The notes under the pieces: generated by a model
The model's database searches: none
Told to the model about the DNA's origin: nothing
Seen by the model: the letters and a program-made list of their open reading frames with translations, nothing else
Shown here: positions 1 through 15,018 of the stretch, in pieces
Layout of the letters: each line of letters starts with the position of its first letter
Numbering within the stretch: position 1 is the first letter of the stretch
Origin: Escherichia coli
GTDB taxonomy: Bacteria > Pseudomonadota > Gammaproteobacteria > Enterobacterales > Enterobacteriaceae
Assembly (NCBI RefSeq): GCF_030384885.1
Contig: NZ_CP128613.1
Strand: one strand, 5' to 3'
DNA length: 64,000 bases
Translations under genes and position numbers: made by a program

Positions 1-262
1 AACATAAGGAACCCGCAAAGAGGCTACAGTTGCCTACTGGCTGACCAAAGGGGATAGCGTGGGTATAGCCTTCCAGCTGGCATGCGCGATCGGCGATCCC
101 GCGACTGACATAACGATCGGTACGGGCATGCTGCAAAAAAGCCTGATCATAAACCAACCGAACAATACCTGTTGCCGCGTCAACTTCGCCCACATGAGCC
201 TGGCGAGTAACTGTGCACCCCGCCAGCGTTATTAATGAAAGAGTCAGAATCAGAAGTCTCAT
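1..262 (-). CDS. yecR: Lipoprotein YecR, N-terminal part (gene runs off the window start)
   Basis: Reverse-complement translation from ATG (complement of 260-262) gives MRLLILTLSLITLAGCTVTRQAHV... with lipobox LAGC; no stop before the window edge, so it is absent from the ORF track; position beside azuC/yecJ/ftnB as in E. coli. Confidence 0.75.
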   Translation of the reverse strand, partial: MRLLILTLSLITLAGCTVTRQAHVGEVDAATGIVRLVYDQAFLQHARTDRYVSRGIADRACQLEGYTHAIPFGQPVGNCSLFAGSLC

Positions 263-426
263 GGTCCAGCCAGAAGAGTAAAAGAAAGCAGTATTTTACG
301 TGTTACAGCGCTGCGACAATGGCCGGAAAAGACGCCTGGCAGGCGCTATTTCTCGCCATCTGTATGTGTCAGAAATGGGGGTGCTGCCTTTTGATTATCA
401 TTTTTATAACATTAAAGGGGTATTTA

Positions 427-442
427 TGTGATTTGCATCACA
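427..442. promoter_or_regulatory. CRP-type palindrome TGTGATTTGCATCACA upstream of azuC
   Basis: Perfect match to CRP consensus TGTGA-N6-TCACA read directly in the sequence; azuC is reported to be catabolite-controlled. Confidence 0.6.
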
Positions 443-524
443 TAAAGATTGATTTTTGTGATGGTTGTCATATTATAAGTGCAAAGACAATAACACCTGC
501 ATAACAAATAGTCGGAGTGCCGCG

Positions 525-611
525 ATGAAACTGCGCAAGATCCTGAAAAGTATGTTCAATAACTATTGCAAGACGTTCAAAGACGTACCGCCAGGCAATA
601 TGTTCCGATAA
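525..611 (+). CDS. azuC: Small protein AzuC (28 aa), encoded on the dual-function AzuCR (IsrB) RNA
   Basis: ATG at 525; translation MKLRKILKSMFNNYCKTFKDVPPGNMFR then TAA matches my recollection of AzuC; too short for the ORF track; intrinsic terminator immediately downstream. Confidence 0.85.
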   Translation: MKLRKILKSMFNNYCKTFKDVPPGNMFR

Positions 612-612
612 C

Positions 613-641
613 AAAAAACCTGCTCCGGCAGGTTTTTTTGT
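613..641 (+). terminator. Rho-independent terminator of azuC/AzuCR
   Basis: Hairpin aaaaaacctgc-tccg-gcaggttttttt with U-tract read in sequence. Confidence 0.8.
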
Positions 642-725
642 GTCCTGATGACGGTGTATGTGACTATCGCTGAAGATGTGAAGCCGCTACTATAACGGCT
701 TTCAAAATGCTATCAGGAGTTTACG

Positions 726-977
726 ATGTCCCAGCCGCTGAATGCCGATCAGGAACTGGTTTCTGATGTGGTTGCTTGCCAGTTGGTTATCAAACAAATT
801 CTCGACGTTCTCGATGTGATCGCACCCGTTGAAGTTCGCGAAAAAATGTCCAGCCAGCTGAAGAATATCGACTTTACTCACCATCCCGCCGCCGCAGACC
901 CGGTCACCATGCGGGCAATCCAAAAAGCCATCGCGCTGATTGAACTCAAGTTTACCCCACAGGGCGAATCCCATTAA
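726..977 (+). CDS. yecJ: DUF2766 family protein YecJ (83 aa)
   Basis: ORF-track 83-aa [19 protein letters not shown]...; matches remembered YecJ; conserved neighbourhood. Confidence 0.85.
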   Translation: MSQPLNADQELVSDVVACQLVIKQILDVLDVIAPVEVREKMSSQLKNIDFTHHPAAADPVTMRAIQKAIALIELKFTPQGESH

Positions 978-980
978 AAA

Positions 981-1050
981 ACCGCTGCTTCAAAAAGATG
1001 AGGCAGCGGTTTCTCAAAAACTTCATCGGCGCAATGCATTAGCGCCGATG
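981..1050 (-). terminator. Two hairpins between the convergent yecJ and ftnB; likely ftnB terminator(s), possibly bidirectional
   Basis: Stem accgctgc/gcagcggt (981-1010) and 9-bp stem catcggcgc/gcgccgatg (1024-1050); on the minus strand each is followed by a U-run. Confidence 0.5.
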
Positions 1051-1054
1051 ATGA

Positions 1055-1558
1055 TCAATGCAGCTGATGCGACACGACATTCAGAACATGTTGGTCGGTC
1101 TGCACAGGGCACATACCAGCAAGTTTCGCACTGCGCACTTCATCAAGAATGGTTTGCAGCAACAGGCCATCATGCTGCTGCTCTTTTTCCAGATCGCGCA
1201 GGAAATTGACGGTTGAATCATCATTCAGTTCTTTAGCTTCATCGGCTAACTGTGCCAGCGTGCTTGAACGTTGCTCGTATTCTTCCATCGTTTTTTGGAA
1301 AAGTTCTTCCAGTGAGTTCAGTTTTTCACCGGGAACATCAATGGCTTTAACGATGGGAGTAGCGCCGACACTCTTCATAAAGTTAAACATGCGCATCATT
1401 TGGGTCACGTTACTCTGTGCCTGGGCGCGAAGGAAAGTGGCGGTGCCGTTCAGACTCTGTTCAGAACACCAGTTACTCAGGTGAAGGTAGAGATTGGATG
1501 CGTAAAACTCGCGGTTCATTTGAGAGTTGAGTTTGAGAAGCATTCCAGCGGTTGCCAT
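1055..1558 (-). CDS. ftnB: Ferritin-like protein FtnB (167 aa)
   Basis: ORF-track 167-aa [34 protein letters not shown]...; ferritin-like; matches remembered FtnB (YecI). Confidence 0.9.
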   Translation of the reverse strand: MATAGMLLKLNSQMNREFYASNLYLHLSNWCSEQSLNGTATFLRAQAQSNVTQMMRMFNFMKSVGATPIVKAIDVPGEKLNSLEELFQKTMEEYEQRSSTLAQLADEAKELNDDSTVNFLRDLEKEQQHDGLLLQTILDEVRSAKLAGMCPVQTDQHVLNVVSHQLH

Positions 1559-2091
1559 ACCTAATATCCTTATATCCAGAAGTGGAGAGGTGCAAGATAA
1601 ATCAAAACACCATAATTACTGTTTGCAGAATAATTCCTTTCTGCCGGTCCGAAATGTGATCGTGGAGTCAATTCTGACGATGATCTGAAATAAGAATAAC
1701 GTCTGAACGGGTATAAGAAAATGCTTAAATCATCAAGTTTATATATTTTTACATTTCATTGATGAAATCAATGTAACTGCAATGAATTTTAATGATGATG
1801 CTTTTTGTATCTTGTTGATATTAATAGGGGGATTTGAATTCATGATGAAGCAATGATTTTTTAAAACGTTTTTTCATTTTTGCGATATGGCTCTCAGTAT
1901 ACGTGTTCTGTTAATTAATGAGCACGGTGATAATTAATGGCGAAATGAATGACGCTCATTTTCCACATCTTTGAGTTGCGGTTATTACACCATTTCAAAA
2001 ACTCAACGCCAGGTAATGCAGCCTATTGACTGGTTAAAAAGAAGACATCCCGCATGGGTACCAAAGACAACAAGGATTTCCAGGCTAATCT

Positions 2092-2230
2092 TATGGATTA
2101 ATCTGCTGCGTGCTCGGTGATTTGTCTGACAAATAAGCTTTTCCTTATGTCTTTTCCCGCTAAATTTATGCACGTTCTCACTGTAATTCTGCGATGTGAT
2201 ATTGCTCTCCTATGGAGAATTAATTTCTCG
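2092..2230. promoter_or_regulatory. Candidate araFGH control region with AraC half-site-like motifs
   Basis: TATGGATTAATCTGCTG at 2092-2108 fits the reverse complement of the AraC half-site pattern (nAGCn7TCCATA); a second TATGGA lies at 2211; exact operator positions not verified. Confidence 0.3.
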
Positions 2231-2354
2231 CTAAAACTATGTCAACACAGTCACTTATCTTTTAGTTAAAAGGTAATGCTTTGTTTTCCGATTAAATTAA
2301 CGAGAGTTATTCGTTTTTGCCCTACACAAAACGACACTAAAGCTGGAGAGAACC

Positions 2355-3344
2355 ATGCACAAATTTACTAAAGCCCTGGCAGCCATTGGTCTGGCAGCCG
2401 TTATGTCACAATCCGCTATGGCGGAGAACCTGAAGCTCGGTTTCCTGGTGAAGCAACCGGAAGAGCCGTGGTTCCAGACCGAATGGAAGTTTGCCGATAA
2501 AGCCGGGAAGGATTTAGGGTTTGAAGTTATTAAGATTGCCGTGCCGGATGGCGAAAAAACATTGAACGCTATCGACAGCCTGGCTGCCAGTGGCGCGAAA
2601 GGTTTCGTTATTTGTACTCCGGACCCGAAACTCGGCTCTGCCATCGTGGCGAAAGCGCGTGGCTACGATATGAAAGTCATTGCCGTGGATGACCAGTTTG
2701 TTAACGCCAAAGGCAAGCCAATGGATACCGTTCCGCTGGTGATGATGGCAGCGACCAAAATTGGCGAACGTCAGGGCCAGGAACTGTATAAAGAGATGCA
2801 GAAACGTGGCTGGGATGTCAAAGAAAGCGCGGTGATGGCGATTACCTCCAACGAACTGGATACGGCTCGTCGCCGTACTACGGGTTCTATGGATGCGCTG
2901 AAAGCTGCAGGATTCCCGGAAAAACAAATTTATCAGGTACCTACCAAATCTAACGACATCCCGGGGGCATTTGACGCTGCCAACTCAATGCTGGTTCAAC
3001 ATCCGGAAGTTAAACATTGGCTGATCGTCGGTATGAACGACAGCACCGTGCTGGGCGGCGTACGCGCGACGGAAGGTCAGGGCTTTAAAGCGGCCGATAT
3101 TATCGGTATCGGTATTAACGGTGTGGATGCGGTGAGCGAACTGTCTAAGGCACAGGCAACCGGCTTCTACGGATCACTGCTGCCAAGCCCGGATGTACAT
3201 GGTTATAAGTCCAGCGAAATGCTTTACAACTGGGTCGCAAAAGGTGTCGAACCGACCAAATTCACCGAAGTTACCGACGTGGTGCTGATCACGCGTGACA
3301 ACTTTAAAGAAGAACTGGAGAAAAAAGGGTTAGGCGGTAAGTAA
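2355..3344 (+). CDS. araF: L-arabinose ABC transporter periplasmic binding protein AraF
   Basis: 329-aa ORF MHKFTKALAAIGLAAVMSQSAMAENLKLGFLV... with signal peptide; matches remembered AraF; followed by araG and araH. Confidence 0.95.
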   Translation: MHKFTKALAAIGLAAVMSQSAMAENLKLGFLVKQPEEPWFQTEWKFADKAGKDLGFEVIKIAVPDGEKTLNAIDSLAASGAKGFVICTPDPKLGSAIVAKARGYDMKVIAVDDQFVNAKGKPMDTVPLVMMAATKIGERQGQELYKEMQKRGWDVKESAVMAITSNELDTARRRTTGSMDALKAAGFPEKQIYQVPTKSNDIPGAFDAANSMLVQHPEVKHWLIVGMNDSTVLGGVRATEGQGFKAADIIGIGINGVDAVSELSKAQATGFYGSLLPSPDVHGYKSSEMLYNWVAKGVEPTKFTEVTDVVLITRDNFKEELEKKGLGGK

Positions 3345-3413
3345 TCTGCCGAAAAAATTCCCCTCTGTATGATGCAGAGGGGGTGTGAACGACCAGTGAT
3401 TCTCGGAGACGTT

Positions 3414-4928
3414 ATGCAACAGTCTACCCCGTATCTCTCATTTCGCGGCATCGGTAAAACGTTTCCCGGCGTTAAGGCGCTGACGGATATTAGTTTTGAC
3501 TGCTATGCCGGTCAGGTTCATGCGTTGATGGGTGAAAATGGCGCAGGAAAATCAACTCTCTTAAAAATCCTCAGCGGCAACTATGCGCCAACCACGGGTT
3601 CTGTAGTGATTAATGGGCAGGAAATGTCCTTTTCCGACACAACCGCAGCACTTAACGCGCGTGTGGCGATTATTTACCAGGAACTGCATCTCGTGCCGGA
3701 AATGACCGTCGCGGAAAACATCTATCTCGGCCAGCTGCCGCATAAAGGCGGCATTGTGAATCGCTCATTGCTGAATTATGAGGCGGGTTTACAACTTAAA
3801 CATCTTGGTATGGATATTGACCCGGACACGCCGCTGAAATATCTCTCCATTGGTCAGTGGCAGATGGTTGAAATTGCCAAAGCGCTGGCGCGTAACGCCA
3901 AAATTATCGCCTTTGATGAGCCAACCAGCTCCCTCTCTGCCCGTGAAATCGACAATCTTTTCCGCGTTATTCGTGAACTGCGAAAAGAGGGGCGGGTGAT
4001 CTTATACGTTTCTCACCGTATGGAAGAAATATTTGCCCTCAGCGATGCCATCACCGTCTTTAAAGATGGGCGTTATGTCAAAACCTTTACTGATATGCAG
4101 CAGGTTGACCACGACGCCCTGGTGCAGGCGATGGTCGGGCGCGACATCGGCGATATCTACGGTTGGCAACCGCGTAGTTATGGCGAGGAGCGGCTGCGTC
4201 TTGATGCTGTGAAAGCACCAGGCGTGCGTACGCCAATAAGTCTGGCGGTTCGCAGTGGAGAAATTGTCGGTCTGTTTGGTCTGGTCGGGGCTGGGCGTAG
4301 CGAATTAATGAAAGGCATGTTTGGCGGTACGCAAATCACCGCCGGTCAGGTTTATATCGACCAACGGCCGATTGATATTCGTAAACCGAGCCACGCTATT
4401 GCCGCAGGCATGATGCTCTGCCCGGAAGATCGCAAAGCGGAAGGCATTATTCCTGTGCACTCCGTTCGCGACAATATCAACATCAGTGCCAGACGTAAAC
4501 ATGTGCTCGGCGGTTGTGTAATCAACAACGGTTGGGAAGAAAACAATGCGGATCACCATATTCGCTCGCTCAACATCAAAACGCCGGGCGCTGAGCAACT
4601 GATCATGAATCTCTCAGGCGGAAATCAGCAAAAAGCCATTCTGGGTCGCTGGTTATCGGAAGAGATGAAGGTCATTTTGCTGGATGAACCTACGCGCGGC
4701 ATTGATGTTGGTGCTAAGCATGAAATTTACAACGTGATTTATGCGCTGGCAGCGCAGGGCGTGGCGGTGCTGTTTGCCTCCAGCGACTTACCTGAAGTCC
4801 TCGGAGTTGCCGACCGGATTGTGGTGATGCGCGAAGGCGAAATCGCCGGTGAATTGTTACACGAGCAGGCAGATGAGCGTCAGGCATTAAGCCTTGCGAT
4901 GCCTAAAGTCAGCCAGGCAGTTGCCTGA
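3414..4928 (+). CDS. araG: L-arabinose ABC transporter ATP-binding protein AraG (504 aa)
   Basis: Track ORF 3369-4928 trimmed to the ATG at 3414 ([17 protein letters not shown]...) to give the 504-aa length of AraG; two ABC ATPase domains ([17 protein letters not shown]). Confidence 0.92.
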   Translation: MQQSTPYLSFRGIGKTFPGVKALTDISFDCYAGQVHALMGENGAGKSTLLKILSGNYAPTTGSVVINGQEMSFSDTTAALNARVAIIYQELHLVPEMTVAENIYLGQLPHKGGIVNRSLLNYEAGLQLKHLGMDIDPDTPLKYLSIGQWQMVEIAKALARNAKIIAFDEPTSSLSAREIDNLFRVIRELRKEGRVILYVSHRMEEIFALSDAITVFKDGRYVKTFTDMQQVDHDALVQAMVGRDIGDIYGWQPRSYGEERLRLDAVKAPGVRTPISLAVRSGEIVGLFGLVGAGRSELMKGMFGGTQITAGQVYIDQRPIDIRKPSHAIAAGMMLCPEDRKAEGIIPVHSVRDNINISARRKHVLGGCVINNGWEENNADHHIRSLNIKTPGAEQLIMNLSGGNQQKAILGRWLSEEMKVILLDEPTRGIDVGAKHEIYNVIYALAAQGVAVLFASSDLPEVLGVADRIVVMREGEIAGELLHEQADERQALSLAMPKVSQAVA

Positions 4929-4942
4929 GTAAGGAGAGTATG

Positions 4943-8295
<3,353 letters not shown>

Positions 8296-8301
8296 GTGCG
8301 G

Positions 8302-8730
8302 TTAATCTCCCGTAAGTGGAACTAACAGCACATCGACCTCACTTGAGGCAATCACTCTTTTCGCCGAGCAGGATGCTCGCGAAAAGAAACTGTGATTGTG
8401 ATTACCGCAAATCACCAAATCGAAATGATGTTTGCGACAAACCTCCAGAATATGTTCGCTTAACTCACCGTAGGCAATAAACGTCTCGTCAACGGGATAC
8501 CCCGCATCCTGAATTAACTTATCAAGAAAGCTTTGCGTTTCTTCCTGCATCACGCTGCGTAAATCTTCAAGCATCGGCGCGGCTAATTGATTGTACATTT
8601 CCGGGTCGGAAGCGAGAGTAATTAAACTGATGTGTCCCTTTACTGGCCTGGCGATAGATACCGCTTTTGCTAGCAGTTGCTGACTTTCCGGTGTAACCGC
8701 AACGGCGACAAGAATATTGCTATAGCTCAT
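8302..8730 (-). CDS. uspC: Universal stress protein UspC (142 aa)
   Basis: 142-aa ORF MSYSNILVAVAVTPESQQLL...; Usp fold; matches remembered UspC (YecG). Confidence 0.92.
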   Translation of the reverse strand: MSYSNILVAVAVTPESQQLLAKAVSIARPVKGHISLITLASDPEMYNQLAAPMLEDLRSVMQEETQSFLDKLIQDAGYPVDETFIAYGELSEHILEVCRKHHFDLVICGNHNHSFFSRASCSAKRVIASSEVDVLLVPLTGD

Positions 8731-9232
8731 AACCTGTTCCTTATTCTGTGAACTTCAGGTGACATTAAAGCTTTACTCCTAATGGAGAATCGACGCAATC
8801 CCAACTCAGTCAAACAGGTAAATATTAGTGTGATTATTAGTAAATACAATTAATCAATCACTCTCGGTGATCATATGATTTCAACTGTAATTATAAGAAA
8901 ATATTGTACTGATTCTCCATATTAAACAAGTGGTTAATATATCTAAAACATTTTGTTAACATTAAGTGGGTTGTTGCCTGTCTTTGCCTTTAATCAGTTT
9001 ATTGTGTTGTAAGTGCCTGTTTGTAAATAGATTAACTGATTTTGGATTTGACCAATTATTTATAGCAGATGATTATTTACGGTGAGTTATTTTAACTGTG
9101 CGAAACATCTCATTTCGATTATTACGGTTTCACTTTTGCTTACCATCGGTGTGAAAAACTTTTTAACAGATTGAAATACACCCAAAACAAAAGTATGACT
9201 TATACATTTATGTTAAGTAATTGAGTATTTTA

Positions 9233-9248
9233 TGTGATCTGCATCACA
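9233..9248. promoter_or_regulatory. CRP site of the flhDC class I promoter (TGTGATCTGCATCACA)
   Basis: Perfect CRP consensus palindrome about 270 bp upstream of the flhD ATG, consistent with the known CRP activation site centred near -72 of the flhD promoter. Confidence 0.75.
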
Positions 9249-9314
9249 CATTATTGAAAATCGCAGTACCCCTCCGTTGTATGTGCGTGTAGTGACGAGT
9301 ACAGTTGCGTCGAT

Positions 9315-9512
9315 TTAGGAAAAATCTTAGATAAGTGTAAAGTACCCCCTCTATTTGTAAGGACCTATTAAACCCAATAAGGTGGGGGCTGTTTTATTGC
9401 AGCTTATCGCAACTATTCTAATGCTAATTACTTTTTACCGGGGCTTCCCGGCGACATCACGGGGTGCGGTGAGACCGCATAAAAATAAAGTTGGTTATTC
9501 TGGGTGGGAATA
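9315..9512 (+). promoter_or_regulatory. Long flhDC 5' untranslated leader (approximate)
   Basis: Established knowledge: the flhD transcript starts about 198 nt upstream of the ATG; the CRP site spacing here fits a start near 9312-9315; boundaries approximate. Confidence 0.45.
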
Positions 9513-9863
9513 ATGCATACCTCCGAGTTGCTGAAACACATTTATGACATCAACTTGTCATATTTACTACTTGCACAGCGTCTGATTGTTCAGGACAAAG
9601 CGTCCGCAATGTTTCGTCTCGGCATAAATGAAGAAATGGCGACAACGTTAGCGGCACTGACTCTTCCGCAAATGGTTAAGCTGGCAGAAACCAATCAACT
9701 GGTTTGTCACTTTCGTTTTGACAGCCACCAGACGATTACTCAGTTGACGCAAGATTCCCGCGTTGACGATCTCCAGCAAATTCATACCGGCATCATGCTC
9801 TCAACACGCTTGCTGAATGATGTTAATCAGCCTGAAGAATCGCTGCGCAAGAAAAGGGCGTGA
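9513..9863 (+). CDS. flhD: Flagellar master regulator subunit FlhD (116 aa; alternative GTG start at 9504 gives 119 aa)
   Basis: [29 protein letters not shown]... matches remembered FlhD; track ORF starts 3 codons earlier at a GTG. Confidence 0.93.
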
Positions 9864-9865
9864 TC

Positions 9866-10444
9866 ATGAGTGAAAAAAGCATTGTTCAGGAAGCGCGGGA
9901 TATTCAGCTGGCAATGGAATTGATCACCCTGGGCGCTCGTTTGCAGATGCTGGAAAGCGAAACACAGTTAAGTCGCGGACGCCTGATAAAACTCTATAAA
10001 GAACTGCGCGGAAGCCCACCGCCGAAAGGCATGCTGCCATTCTCAACCGACTGGTTTATGACCTGGGAACAAAACGTTCATGCTTCGATGTTCTGTAACG
10101 CATGGCAGTTTTTACTGAAAACCGGCTTGTGTAATGGCGTCGATGCGGTAATCAAAGCCTACCGTTTATACCTTGAACAGTGCCCGCAAGCAGAAGAAGG
10201 ACCGCTACTGGCATTAACCCGTGCCTGGACATTGGTACGGTTTGTTGAAAGTGGATTACTGCAACTTTCCAGCTGCAACTGCTGCGGCGGCAATTTTATT
10301 ACCCACGCTCACCAGCCTGTTGGCAGCTTTGCCTGCAGCTTATGTCAGCCGCCATCCCGGGCAGTAAAAAGACGTAAACTTTCCCAGAATCCTGCCGATA
10401 TTATCCCACAACTGCTGGATGAACAGAGAGTACAGGCTGTTTAA
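9866..10444 (+). CDS. flhC: Flagellar master regulator subunit FlhC (192 aa)
   Basis: [27 protein letters not shown]... with zinc-binding cysteines near the C-terminus; ATG at 9866. Confidence 0.93.
10375..10401 (+). promoter_or_regulatory. Sigma-28 (FliA) promoter TAAACTTT-N11-GCCGATAT inside the flhC 3' end (motA/MotR promoter)
   Basis: Close match to FliA consensus TAAAGTTT-N11-GCCGATAA read in sequence; position fits the known motA class III promoter. Confidence 0.7.
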
Positions 10445-10502
10445 CTGATACGGTGTGGCGAAACATTCCAGCAGCGGTAACGACGTACCGCTGCTTTTTT
10501 TT
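10409..10502 (+). ncRNA. motR: Probable MotR small RNA (motA 5'-leader-derived, sigma-28 dependent); boundaries approximate
   Basis: Sigma-28 promoter at 10375-10401 followed about 70 nt later by an intrinsic terminator gives a roughly 95-nt transcript, as reported for MotR. Confidence 0.45.
10471..10502 (+). terminator. Rho-independent terminator downstream of flhC (3' end of MotR)
   Basis: Stem gcagcggta/taccgctgc, loop acgacg, followed by T8. Confidence 0.8.
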
Positions 10503-10570
10503 GCCCCAATCGCGCGTTAACGTCTGACGACTGAACATCCTGTCATGGTCAACAGTGGAAGGATGATGTC

Positions 10571-11454
10571 GTGCTTATCTTATTAGGTTACCTGGTTGTT
10601 CTCGGTACAGTTTTCGGCGGTTATCTGATGACCGGTGGAAGCCTTGGAGCACTCTATCAACCCGCTGAACTGGTGATTATTGCCGGTGCAGGGATTGGGT
10701 CGTTTATCGTCGGCAATAATGGCAAAGCGATTAAAGGCACGCTGAAGGCGCTGCCGTTACTATTTCGTCGCTCCAAATATACCAAAGCAATGTATATGGA
10801 TCTGCTGGCTCTGCTTTATCGGTTGATGGCGAAATCGCGGCAGATGGGGATGTTTTCGCTGGAACGCGATATTGAAAATCCCCGTGAGAGCGAGATCTTC
10901 GCCAGCTACCCACGCATCCTTGCGGATAGCGTCATGCTTGATTTTATCGTCGATTATCTGCGCCTGATTATCAGCGGTCACATGAATACCTTCGAAATTG
11001 AAGCCCTGATGGATGAAGAGATTGAGACGCACGAAAGCGAAGCAGAAGTCCCAGCGAACAGTCTGGCATTGGTCGGGGACTCACTTCCGGCGTTTGGTAT
11101 TGTCGCGGCTGTGATGGGGGTCGTTCACGCGTTAGGTTCAGCCGATCGTCCTGCCGCCGAGCTGGGGGCGCTTATCGCACATGCGATGGTGGGGACTTTC
11201 CTCGGTATTTTATTGGCTTACGGATTTATTTCCCCATTAGCGAGTGTTTTACGTCAGAAAAGCGCCGAAACCAGCAAAATGATGCAATGCGTGAAAGTCA
11301 CACTGCTTTCTAATCTGAACGGTTACGCACCGCCTATCGCCGTTGAGTTTGGTCGCAAAACGCTCTATTCCAGCGAACGTCCGTCGTTTATTGAACTGGA
11401 AGAGCATGTGCGTGCGGTGAAAAATCCGCAACAACAGACGACAACCGAGGAAGC

Positions 11455-11458
<4 letters not shown>
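10571..11458 (+). CDS. motA: Flagellar motor stator protein MotA (295 aa, GTG start)
   Basis: (V)[22 protein letters not shown]...; four-helix membrane protein; matches remembered MotA. Confidence 0.95.
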
Positions 11459-14350
<2,892 letters not shown>

Positions 14351-14370
14351 ATGAGTAAAAAGGTAACAAT

Positions 14371-14874
14371 ATGACCGGTATGACGAATGTAACAAAGCTG
14401 GCCAGCGAGCCGTCAGGCCAGGAATTCCTGGTATTTACCCTTGGTGACGAAGAGTACGGTATTGATATTCTGAAAGTGCAGGAGATCCGTGGCTATGATC
14501 AGGTAACACGGATTGCGAACACGCCAGCGTTTATCAAAGGTGTCACTAATCTGCGCGGTGTTATTGTGCCGATTGTCGACTTACGAATTAAGTTCAGTCA
14601 GGTGGATGTGGACTATAACGACAACACAGTAGTTATCGTCCTGAATCTCGGGCAGCGGGTAGTCGGCATCGTGGTTGACGGCGTCTCAGATGTGCTTTCA
14701 TTGACGGCGGAGCAAATTCGTCCGGCACCGGAATTTGCCGTGACGCTTTCAACAGAATATCTCACTGGACTCGGCGCACTGGGCGACCGCATGTTGATTC
14801 TGGTGAACATTGAAAAACTGCTGAACAGTGAAGAGATGGCGCTGTTAGATAGCGCGGCGTCAGAAGTGGCGTAA
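14371..14874 (+). CDS. cheW: Chemotaxis coupling protein CheW (167 aa)
   Basis: [42 protein letters not shown]... matches remembered CheW. Confidence 0.95.
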
Positions 14875-14900
14875 TTATCCCGATTTCCTCAATTGAAATG

Positions 14901-14929
14901 AACCCGATGATCTGCGCATCGGGTTTTTT
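14901..14929 (+). terminator. Rho-independent terminator after cheW
   Basis: Stem aacccgatg/catcgggtt followed by a T-run. Confidence 0.8.
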
Positions 14930-14960
14930 ATGTCAATTTTGCGGTGGATGGCATCATTAA

Positions 14961-14987
14961 TAAAGTTTCCCTCCTTCTTGCCGATAA
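14961..14987 (+). promoter_or_regulatory. Sigma-28 (FliA) promoter of the tar-tap-cheRBYZ operon, TAAAGTTT-N11-GCCGATAA
   Basis: Exact match to the FliA consensus 32 nt upstream of the tar ATG. Confidence 0.85.
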
Positions 14988-15018
14988 CGAGATCAACTTG
15001 TTTTCAGGAAGGTGCCTT

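Noticed and set aside
235-504. 89-aa plus-strand ORF upstream of azuC
   Set aside because: Overlaps the yecR start codon and signal-peptide region on the other strand and the azuC promoter/CRP site; Cys-rich low-complexity translation; no RBS.
8731-9512. Possible insertion sequence in the flhD upstream region
   Set aside because: No transposase-like ORF and no terminal inverted repeats are visible; the interval is simply AT-rich regulatory DNA.
14944-15018. Upstream extensions of tar and other genes in the ORF track (also flhA at 22571, cheA at 12332, znuA at 46294, torZ at 30670, pykA, exoX, holE, yecN)
   Set aside because: The extensions run through promoters or terminators or the preceding gene; trimming to the internal start gives the known protein lengths and proper RBS spacing.
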